Assembly (NCBI GenBank): GCA_036172245.1
Contig: JAYWIR010000059.1
Location: 434,001-498,000 of the forward strand
Length of the DNA stretch: 64,000 nucleotides
Source of the DNA: Raillietiella orientalis
Taxonomy: Eukaryota
Direction: 5' to 3'
The stretch's first letter is position 1. Each line of letters begins with the position of its first letter. The position numbers were made by a program, and so were the translations under genes. Of this stretch, positions 50,101 to 61,493 are shown piece by piece. Under the pieces are notes generated by a model. It saw nothing but the letters and a program-made list of their open reading frames with translations. It was not told the origin of the DNA and made no database searches.

Positions 50101-52389
50101 ATCGTCCAATATAAGGATCCTCTTTAAAAGGAAAAAATCATTATGGATCGAGTTGATTACAGGAACAGATCATTCTTCCAGTTTATACGTGTGTGATCTA
50201 AACTACAGACTGCTTATTTCTAGCTACAAATATTGAATAAAAGGCTTAATTTGAAGCGACTTTTAATCTTGGTTGGAGATGCTGATTTCCTGAATCTTTT
50301 GATTATCAGTAAGACTGAATTCAAATCTGGTGCACATGATATATTTTCGGAGGGTTCCCCGAATCTGATTTCAGAAACCTTCCCAAATTTGGGAAATAGG
50401 TTTCCCTGGGTTTTCTCAACAGTTCACAGAGCGACAAAAAACGGGAAACCACATCAATGCTTTGATTTTAAAGAGTTTCTTTAACTGGAGTTTTTAGTAA
50501 TTTTCAATTCGGATTATTTCCTTGATATTTCAGAATCCTTCCTCTTCCTTACTGAATTCTCGTTAAATGTGGCACTGGACTGTGAGTCTGGTTTGTCATT
50601 ATTCACAGCTGTCTAGGTTAATTTTAATACATGATCTGAGTTCCTATTTTTAAAGCATCAACAAATTAATTTTAGAAAAGAAGTTCTGAAGATCCATAAA
50701 AATACTTAATGATATGCTGGTTGGCATATATGCAGGTTCCATTGATGTGTTTTTAATCAAATTACACAACTACAAGAACAATTTTGGGTGCGTTTAAGTA
50801 CAAGGAATGATCACAAGGATTAAACATCTGCTAAGTTCTTGTTTTTTCCTGATGAAAGCATTTCATACATATAATGTATACAGCATGTAATCTTATCAGT
50901 TCTAAGGATTCTATAGGGAGCATGCAATGTTTGGAAAATAATCTTCATCATTTGCAATGGGTGTTCTACGTTGGGATAAATAAGATGTTACTATTTCAAA
51001 CTACACAACTAAAATAACTCTTCAAGACACCATCAACTTAATAGAGAAATCAGTGCAATTTTGGAACTTTCAATATACTGAAAATCAAACTAAGAGTTTC
51101 ACTCTTGAAAAAAATTTCTCCTAAGAATAGCAAAGCAGCTACTTTCTGTGATTGATCTCATCAGAAGCCAAACAGAAAATTCGTGATAAAGTGAGATAAT
51201 GGCATTTTTTCAATCAGCAGCTTTTACTTCTCGCGTAGTTTCAAACAACTCCAAAGGTTTTTTGAAAAATTAACCAGTCATAAGGACTTAGAGGTCAGTA
51301 GAGATACCAAACAAGAATCTGTCTGCATAGATCTAAGCGATGGAACGGAAAATTGTGGTAAAGGACTATTGGCACTCGAAAAATTGCATAGATATCGGAA
51401 ATTAGATTGGGGGGAAGAAAAAAAGAAAATGGGCGGATTTCAACATTTCCTTCATGACAAAAGCACTCTGTATTTAAATGCTTTTCTCTAAGAAACCACA
51501 CATTCGAGCTGTTCACAGTGCTTTGCTCGCTAGGGGATACACTTCTAGCAAACAAGCTGTACAAGAGAAGGAGACTTCAGAGTTTCCACCGAGTACAAAG
51601 ATTTTGCCGCTACAGAGAAGCATTGGAGCAACTCCTGTCTTCCGTGGTCTTCAATGAGGTTTAATGAACTGCGATTTTCGCCCACAATTTCCAGACAGGA
51701 CAATGATCGCTCAAACGTGCATCCCCCCCCAAAAAGCAACATGGGCATGCTTTATTTTAAAAAATGATGCAAATATTAACAAGACGAAGTACATTGTGTC
51801 ACGGTAATAGAGGAGAGGGTGCAGAACAAAACCAAATAAATAACATGCAAGAAATTTACTGCAACGGTTTATTACGGTTTTATGAAAACGGTCTTTTATG
51901 ATGGAGTGGAAAGGGGGGCATTTCATCAGGATCCTGAAAAAAGGATGTTTAGATAATGGACCTTAGTATGCCTTAGTAGCATGTAAACATTGTAACTGAT
52001 CCAAAAATCGAAAAAAGGAAAAAAAAATCAAATTGAATTCGAAAGTAAAACTTATATGCCATGATTTGCGAGTTTTTGTAGATTTCCTTGGTATTGGCTG
52101 ATAATGGAAGGATCCAACTTGGAGCGGAATCGAAAATTCCCACAGAATTCCGACAGCCACAAAAGATTATTCAAAATAGAAATCTCATTTTTATGATATA
52201 CGAATTATGGAAACTTTATTAGTTTTGCCACAATATCAATAATAGGGATGAAAGGACATATGTGTACACATATTTATAGGATGTTTCCTTTCTTTTTCCA
52301 TGAACTTTTCGAGTTGCCCAAAGTGTTTTAAAAACCATTTAAAAAGTTCGCAAAAAAATATTCGATAATGGTGTGTTATTATTGCAAAT

Positions 52390-52489
52390 GGTTCGTATGA
52401 ACAGTGTGTTACTGAATAATAGTGTGCTAACACACTGTTCTTGTGTTTGGGTTCACAGTATTATTCACAACACGCCGCGCATACGAACC
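52390..52489. repeat. Nested inverted repeats
   Basis: Perfect 13-bp IR GAACAGTGTGTTA (52399-52411) / TAACACACTGTTC (52428-52440), inside an imperfect IR bounded by GGTTCGTATG (52390) / CATACGAACC (52480-52489). Confidence 0.75.
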
Positions 52490-52669
52490 CTGTACATTTA
52501 CTGTGTTCACTAATAGTACTCATAAACAAAAAAAGAATCACATGCTGAAAATTCTGCGATTCTGGAGATGAAAATTTGGAGGAGGTTGTGTATGTACTAT
52601 TCTAAAGAAGCAGAATGATGATTGCACCCTTCATGTCGAAATGCATGGAAAAGTCTTTCTCGATTCTCA

Positions 52670-53590
52670 CCCCGGTGCTCCGGGGCGTTCATTTAAGAAA
52701 TAAACATATGACGAGAACTGTGGTTGGACCAGTGGTCCATGCACGCACAATTTAATGGAGACCTGCTGGGTCACCGGTTCGCAGAGCGGTGCAGTCCACC
52801 ACGGCAGCAGAGGTGAGAGGACAAACAAAAAAACAAACCAACAATAAAAATAAATACACTTTGAGGGGTGCGGGAAGGGATCACGTTCTACTGGTCGTGG
52901 TCCTGTCCATCCTCTGTAGGATGCCGGCAAGTGGATATTGCTTTCCAGATGAGGCCATTACGTTGCTATCCTGATGAAAAGGACAATGAAGTGAATGGCA
53001 TCCCTATCGCTAGGTCCTCCTACTGCTTTGCTCCATGCAGTGACGATCCCGCGTAGGCAGCACGGCTGCAAGCGAGGCCGCTGACCTAAGGGCGTCGCGA
53101 ACGAAGAGGGGTTTTATAGAGTCCCTGGAGTTGCCACCGGGGGTTCCCAGGGTCTCGGCAAAGAGTTCTCAGAGGGGCCGGAGGGCAACACAGTCCACTA
53201 GCAGGTGGGTGAGGGTTTCACTCTCTTCGCACCTAACACAAGTTTGTTCCACACACACCTGCGTCGAGTATTGACGGCGGACGTTGCATGGGAGACCCCA
53301 GTGCAGCACCCGCCGACTCCTGCCTCTTCAAGGGGAGGTGCAGGTCTCCATGAGCACCAGAGGCCATTTCAGGAGTTCCAACGGATCACCCAGTAGCTCA
53401 CCCCAACGCAAAAGTCCATGAGGGGTTGTACTCGGGGTCATAGCGTCGGTGAGCTGGCCTGTCTTCTACTCGCCCAGTCCTTTCTTCCTTCCGGAGATGG
53501 TCACCCTAACTTCCCATTTGCCGCTATGCTGCTGCTCAGGTGTTCCTTGAGGGAGGGCAGCGCTGTGGAGAGGGAATTTCTTCCTGCCCA
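52670..53590 (-). mobile_element. 5'-truncated non-LTR retrotransposon (L1/Tx1-like) remnant: ORF2 C-terminal zf-RVT region plus 3' UTR
   Basis: GC-rich island in AT-rich DNA. The - strand encodes VLHWGLPCN...CVRCEESETLTHLLVDCVALRPL*, a C-x2-C-x7-H-x4-C motif at 53240-53190 with TGA where the family's conserved Trp is expected. Flanked by decayed direct repeats GAAAAGTCTTTCTCGA-TTCTCA (52648-52669) and GAAAAGACTTCCTCGAAGTTCTCA (53591-53614). Confidence 0.8.
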
Positions 53591-56500
53591 GAAAAGACTT
53601 CCTCGAAGTTCTCATATGCTTACCTATGTCGTTTTGTTTAGGTATGCGGTTTAGTGGATGTTTTAATTTAAATACAAAGTTTACTACTAAGCTACAGGAG
53701 TCCTACGTTTAGATTTTCTTAAAATCAGAATAAAAATGAATTGGAAGCTGGATGTGTTTGGAAAAATTCACTAATTTTTCTATGGGCAAAAGATAAGCAA
53801 ACTCTCCATTTTTTCATCCATCCATCGATTTTTGCTTTTTTCATTTGCTGAATCTGAGTATCTCAGTCCACACCGATACGATTTGAAATTTTGCACCGAG
53901 ATTTCAAGAGTTTTTCCTTCCGAGCTCCGATACTGTACGGAAATCTGCATCCAGAATTCTCTTCTGAAACCCCTTCGTGCTATATGTCGAGTTAGCTTTT
54001 TTCTTCCTTTGAAGAGTAAGTTCTTGAGGTCGTCAATTTGATTTGATATTCTTTCGTATAGATGCCACGTCACAGTATCATGTCTAGCTAGTGACCTTTT
54101 CATTCTTGTCTGCTGGCATCGAATTCGTCAAGACGTCCCAAAGCCAACAGAGATGCCAGTTTCTGCTTTACTTGACATCAGTGTACGCTCTGCGAAAGAA
54201 AAACATGTTTTAAAATGCACAGAATTGTACTGCTCCTTCTGCGAAAGACCATGCAAAGAGACTACACTTCTGTGTACATCAGGATAGTCGAGGAATTAAC
54301 TTCCATTGATTCGAAAACCTTCCAAAGAGAACGAGGCAAACCAGCTCTTGGTATAATTCAACTTCAGCCACATTACCAGGATAAATTTCAATTGTTCTGA
54401 CTACAAGAACTTACTGATGGATAAATCATTGAATTAGAATTACATTCTCATTAGGAGCTTTCCCAAAGAACTGGACTGTTTTACTGGAACAACCAAATGC
54501 TCTGCACTCTTTTCCAAAGAAAAAACCAACTTTTCAACATTTATACTTTAAAATCCCAATAAATATTCCTCCTGAAAGTATATTATTTATGTATTATAAT
54601 GGATGTATCATGTTTTAGTTCCTGGAATCAAGTGCACTGTTCTATTATTTCATCAGCTCCCCAAAATAAAAGTATCTGTGCACTTATCAACCTCATTCAG
54701 TCAGTCTCTCACTTGTTTTCATGCAATATTCATAGATGTACTTTGTACACATTTTCCTTAAGTAGTAATGAAAGCAGAAAACTTTATTTGTTTCATATTA
54801 TCACCAAGGCAAAATTTTCATCTTTGAACATCCTGAAATATCAATGACTGTGCGTGAGAACTAACCTTCGATCTAAGAAATTGTTTGAGACTTCTCTTTG
54901 AAGAGATCCTGTTATGTAGGATGACGAACTTTTATCCTAAAGAAGAATTCTATTTTCTCAAAGATTTTTCAACACTCGGAATAAAACAAAGACATCGTTC
55001 TGCTGATTTTTCAAGCTCCATTCAGATAAGATATCCTTGCTTTCCGTGAAATCAAACACATTAGGAAATATTCCCAAGTTTAGGGTAGCTGGCAATTCAA
55101 TTTGCTATCATTGTACCTTCGTCGCTTTTTGATGACCGTGTAAAAAAGGACAGAGCAATAAAATGTGAAGAATGATAATTTATTTTCATGTATCATGACT
55201 CGTTTCATTTCCTAATGTGCTTAATCAGTAAGCGGGATTCTAAAATCTCTGCTAATTTTTGGAATCACAAGATTTCTCAGATCAGTAAAGCGATTTATCA
55301 TGATTGTTTGCTTCAAACATGTCCAAACGTATCAGCATTCTCCACATGTGATTTGGTCTGACTTTTCTCCTCTTAATGAAGCCATCTCATGGCATCCGCA
55401 ATTAACAAGAAACAAAAGAATCCTTGCTTCCATCTTTGCCTTAAGTGCTCTTTGTTTCAGGTCTTATTTCGTTCTCTTGTACTTTTTGTGAGCTGAGGAA
55501 TGTTCATCACGTTTTTGCATCAGATGCATTAATAATTATTTTGTTACACAGAAGATCTGAAAGGGAATCATTTCATTGTATTGCCAATAATCCAGGAAGG
55601 AATAATTTGCGTAACCTGGTAATCCTGTCAAGATAAGGTCGGTAAGTTTCTCTTCTTTACTACGAGTCCATGAGAAGTCATACATATCTTACACATAATG
55701 ATAGGATTAGAAACATAAAATGTGTAGTTCATATTATTTTTACCATATCATCAACCCTTTATCTCGCTAGTGCTTGGAATCTTTTCTCTATTTCGCCACT
55801 CAGTTTGAAGAAGGATCTATTTTCCACTTTTCATCTTGTTCGAAGTTCAGAAACTTCCCAGAAACTGGAGTTATTAAAAAGGGTCCCAAAATTCCCGTTT
55901 TCAAACAAGCGCAGAAAGTCTGGCATCAACTTTAGCTTATCACTCATGATTTTCTCATTACGCACCGTCAGTAAAAAATTACAACCTCCTAGGTTTCACT
56001 CCGAGGTTTCTTAAAAAAGGATCTGACTTAATGTTTATCTCTGATGTTGGAATTGCATCTTGCAGGCTATCTCTTTGAAAGACAACTTGAATCAGAGATC
56101 ATCAAAAGTAAGGAAAGAGTGATCATCAAGAGCCATAATTTCAAAATCTGCACTTTAAATGCATGCAGCTGCACTCATACCATTCACTTTCATGCACTTT
56201 GTGCAAAGTGCAAGACATGTACCCTTGTGAATGTTTACGATAAGCTCAAATATCTAAAATATAAAGTCATGTGTTGGACTTGTTGAGTGAGAATTATGCT
56301 TTCGAGTAACCCACATCTGGGGTTATCTCAGAGGTCAGCCCAATCGCAGTGCAGTGATCGAGCCTCACTCTGGAGGGATCTCCATAGTGACCAAGATCGC
56401 CTCGAAGCCAGGTAAGAGTGTGCATTACATTATCCATTGCTTTTTCCTTTATCATTTATTTTGGGAAGTACTATAGTTGTTTATATTAACTTTATAAATT

Positions 56501-58619
56501 GCCGTTTTTTTAGGAACTCTACTAATATACTTGATTTAAGCGAATCGAAAAAAGATAGAAATATAAATGTACCTAATGTACAGCAAGATTATTGACTTCG
56601 TTCAATCTATGGAAAGCAGCATTACCAAAAGAAATGCTCAACATCATATCGGGATGACAACATCATGCGCTGGAATGTAAAACCCTATAATAGCTACCTC
56701 TAAGCCCATAACTCACCACTACTACTTTACATTTACCAAGAAAACATGCTTATCCCTGCTCTTTTACTTATTAATAATTAGAAATGCTGTTTTTTTTTTT
56801 ATTAAATGTGCCTAACTTTTTCCTAAATGTGCTACACGGCGAGAATTCCAATTCTATTCTCATCACGCATCGCTTCGCTCTCTGTATTTCTTGAATCATG
56901 AGGATTTCGAGTATGTACAGCTCAGTATGAATAGTTAGCTAAATCGTTAAACAGTTGCAAAGATCCTCACAGTGAACTGATTCAATAGAATTGCTTGAAG
57001 TTTTACTAGGATGCAGCACAGTGAGAGCTTGATGAGCTCTTCTCAGTGAATCAAACGAAAGTTTATCAGTCATCAACTCCGTGGCATTGCAATTACTTCA
57101 CACAAGAATAGTCTTTACTTCAGGATAGAAAACTACTCATTACTGAGATGGATTGCTGAGATGATTTGCTTATGAAGCGATCTTTTATACAATTCTTCCA
57201 TTGCATCGTGGAAGGATTTTTGCTCAGCTGAAGAGCGAGAGATAGAAACACATTTTCGTGTGATGAACACTTGATGAAAAAAGAGTATGCACACCCAGAT
57301 TTGTTCTTTCATTTTTTTTTTTAGTTTAAGGCAAACCGCTGTACCATCATGCATCGTAATTCTTCATGTCTGTTGGCGATCCAATGCTTCAAAGTGAACT
57401 GCTCCATGCAATCATCCGGATGATTTCTCTCTTTCCTATTCTTCATTCAGAAGGTTGAAGTAGTAGTTTTTGATTTACCCAACCAGTTTCATCCAGGAGT
57501 TTGCTACTGTGCCTACTTCAAGCAAAAACGCAGGAGCTCCCTACTGTGAGAAAGTTCTGCTGCTCGCGGACTTTTAAATCTTTTGCCTGCAAAGCTTGCA
57601 GCTATTACAACTAGAGGGGAGGAGGGGGGGGGGAAGCAAAATTCTGTGCTGGGGTATCAAATCAGAAAACATTCTACACCAAGGACTTTCGATTCTCACT
57701 TCTGATAGAAGCTGGGAGTAATCAAGGCAGTTTTCAAGTTCTCATAGCAATGTTTCGTCGTTTTTCTTACCGCTAGTCAGAATGGGATAATATCGAAGGG
57801 GAACAGAATTTTGCATATCTTTTTAACTCCAAATTCTCATTCTTGAATTTTTTGGAATAAAAAAGAAAAGGGAAACGTCTAGAATTCAGGATAAAACTTC
57901 CATTTCTAGATTCCTTGCTATTCATTTGACCAGATGATTCACAAAGAGTTGCACGGTCCAAAATTTGGCTCATCTTCCTTGATTAGGTTTGATGAAATGG
58001 CTCATTTGCGTAGGACTTCCTAAGTTGTATCTGACATTACGGTTTGTTTGTATCTTAATTTACTTGCATTCAAACTTTGCAGATGGATTGGGGTTTGAAA
58101 CAACTCTTCTATTTCTTTTGACTGTTCCTGTGATCTGCATTTGCTTAGCATCATCTCTTCACTCGTTCCTGTAAAAGTGCTCAACAGCTCGAGAAGGATA
58201 TCCGCACTCTTCTCTTTTCTCCTTTTGTCAGTTGTTTCTGCTTAACAGTATGAATTCCCAGAAGCGTTTGATTTCTTTTCTTGCGTGTAAGCATCTTTAA
58301 ATGATGTTCGCCTACCCTCTTCCAACGTTCAAGACTTAATTCTTCCTCAACTCCAAATCCAGCGGTTTGCAACACTCATCTAGAAAATAAATGAATAGAA
58401 TACGAGTCGAAGAAACTTTGGAGAACGAAATCCTCTTCCCGTAGCAAAACCGGATCGAAGAAAGGCGAATGAATGAATCTGAGCACACGAAAAAAATGTC
58501 ACTCGTGTGTGTTAGAACAGGTAGAATGCTGCTTTCACTGACCGGAAACTGCTCCACTAGTGAAGGATCTGCTGAGTATAAACTGGATCTCTTCTCAGTT
58601 CTGTTTTATTGAGTCCTTC

Positions 58620-58621
<2 letters not shown>

Positions 58622-58668
<47 letters not shown>
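58622..58668. repeat. (GA)n microsatellite, ~23 units
   Basis: Uninterrupted AG dinucleotide run. Confidence 0.97.
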
Positions 58669-58673
<5 letters not shown>

Positions 58674-61046
58674 GGATGTCCTATGTGAACTGAACCGAAT
58701 ATGGAAATATTCATGTCAAAGTGGTCAAAAATGCACGTGGTGCTGTTAGTTCCGAGTACATTTTCTGGAAAGTAGATGGAAGAATGAAAATAAATGCTTT
58801 CTAGCATTAACTCGGAGCATATATGTTCAAATGAATAAGGTGAAATGATGAAACGTGGTCGGAATGATCACCTTTCAATGAATGATGATTAATGGATGGA
58901 CTTTTTGATTGAATACTGCGGAGAATTTAGATTTTACAAGATATCTGCACGCTTTCCAGAAAATTAAAAGTTCCACGGTTAATACCGTACAGGAAAAGAA
59001 AATAAGTTTACAGATGAATGAAGTAAAGAATTGGAGGCTGGAAGAAGCTTCATTTATTTGAAACAATTCCTCAAGACTTCATGCGAAGAATGAAAAGGTG
59101 GTTTGGTTTTCAAGAGAAGATCCATTTTTTTTTTAACAAGAAATAGACCCTGCAAGCGTAATTTTCTAGCCCGAGGTCACTTCTGATATTTATTATTTGA
59201 ATTCCGATTTTTCCCAGTTTTTCTCAACATGTGTCAACAGGAAGATAGAACGAGAAAACGACTTGTATCTTGATTCTTTTCCAAATGTCTTTTCCGTTAA
59301 GATTCCATTTATTTCCCAATCTTATAAGTTCCTATCACTGTTGAAATGTTCAAGGCCCACAGACCATGAGATTATTTTTCCCAGAACACTTTTGATTTCA
59401 GTTTCGTTTGCTAGTCGTCTAAAGTGATGGATTCTTCAGTCTTTCGTCACGAAGGCATGAATTCTCTCTCATATCTTTGTTTTAGAATGGGGAAAACACT
59501 GCTTTCCCGGAAAGGGATTAAGAAATTCTACAGTTTCATTGTATCTCATCCTTGAATCTGATAAGCAGTCACACCCTGAAAAATTCACTCATGAAAGGAA
59601 CGAGTTTTTCGTTTCAAACTTGATAAACGACTAGAGTTTTAGGTGTTTTGCTATCCCCTTCTATTTGTGGCCTCTTCCTGAAGGTTTTATCACGAGATTT
59701 TCTCGCTCTGCTTTTTCAGGGGCTAGAGATCCGCTTAGTGCAATAATCCAAGCATCTTTATGTTCCTTCGTCCGATCTTGAAAACATAAAGCTTGCGCCA
59801 TATGTAATTTTGACAGCTCCTTTAGGTATCAGCTGATTTTTCAGACAAGACTTGGGAGCTGTGAGGCTTTTGAAAGCTAATTTTTTCCTCATAGGAAGGA
59901 AGTGATATGCAATCAATCATCAGATCACTAAAGGGAATTTGTTCTCACTCTGTACTCTTCGAACACAGAACGAGTTCAAGGACCGTTCCAAGAAACATAT
60001 TCTTTCAAGGCGTTTGAGGAATCAACGCAAAATTCTGAAATATCATGATGTTTGTTTAAGAATCTAAATAGGCGATCTGTAACTCACTTAAAAGGCGTAG
60101 ATACGCAAAAGGATGATATCCGGTTTGAATGAAAGAGCAAATAATACTGGCGTTGTCACATGCGAAAGAGTTGAAGATGAGAAAATTTTCAGACACGAAA
60201 TGAAGTTTTAAATGGGATGTAACGATTGCTAATGAAGCGAAGGAAATCCGATAAATTTTCGGGGCGAAAGATTAGAATTGAGAGTTTTTGTGCATCATTA
60301 TTTTCATGCATGTCTTGAAGCCTCTTTTTCATGGCACAACAGTTCATCGTTCAGAAAACCCTATCATGTACTCAGTCTTATACGGATAGAGTCTTTCAGG
60401 TGTACAAGTTTTTGTACGCTGAACCGATTCGATTAAGATTCTGGGCAAATACACAAAGAGGTAGAAACAAGGAGGAAAGAATTTCCAGAGTTCTGCACTC
60501 TTTCCTGCTTGTGGGATCTGCGACACGAGTCCTGATGTCTCGACCTGTATCCCAGAAGATCATTTGAAAAACGCAGGCGAAATCAAGTTTTATCGGTTAC
60601 AGATGGGAAAAATTCATTCTTCAGCTTCGCCATTTCCTTTTCCAGATATTTCCAGATATTTCGATCTCAGCTGTTTTCCCTTCCAAACGTGACGGGGTTA
60701 AGCATAAGGTCTAGCAAATCCTCTACCTCGACTGATATCCGAAAAGTAGCTAGTTTAATAGAAGAATTTTGCTCCTATGTAGCTCAAGGGTGCAGAAGAC
60801 TAAGTGATAGCATGTCACTCAATGAAATTTACACTGAATATTCTCAGATTTTTGTCCCGAGACAGAAAACTCCATTGCTGTCTGCATTTTAAGTTGCCTT
60901 TTCGGAGATCCTTACCGACAAATGGAAATTTGTGGTGAAACGGACGGTATCATTACCAGTGAGGGGTGCTAGGATGTGGATGGAATGGAATCTCGTTTCT
61001 GACTCACTCACGGATGCACACCTCATGGGAAGATTGACATTTCACT

Positions 61047-61493
61047 GAAGATAACCGGGGAAGAGAGAATTTTTTTTGGTCCGAAGAAAGTTAAGGATTC
61101 TGAAGATTGAGATTTCAGTTCCTTATGCTGACTGATCAAAACGAAAAAGAAACAAGCAAAAGATTTGACTTAAGCAGCTTTCGATTAAAATCTACACTTT
61201 TTCAACTGTAGGTGGATAAGGAATGAGCTCCCACCTCGATTCATGCTACAAGATCTAAAACATCTGGAAAACATGCATTCCTGAAATAAAAGAGGGACCG
61301 TAATTGGTCTAAGTGGCTGCAGACACTAAACATAGGCTTCCAATTCAAGAGCAAAAAGCATCTCTCTTAGAGAAATGGTGAAGATTGACTCAGACTTTAA
61401 ACAAGAAAAACAAGAAAATAGAAATCGATTTTCGAGGAAGATAACCGGGGAAGAGAGAATTTTTTTTGGTCCGAAGAAAGTTAAGGATTCTGA
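61047..61493 (+). repeat. Perfect 57-bp direct repeat (61047-61103 and 61437-61493)
   Basis: GAAGATAACCGGGGAAGAGAGAATTTTTTTTGGTCCGAAGAAAGTTAAGGATTCTGA occurs twice, 390 bp apart. Confidence 0.93.
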
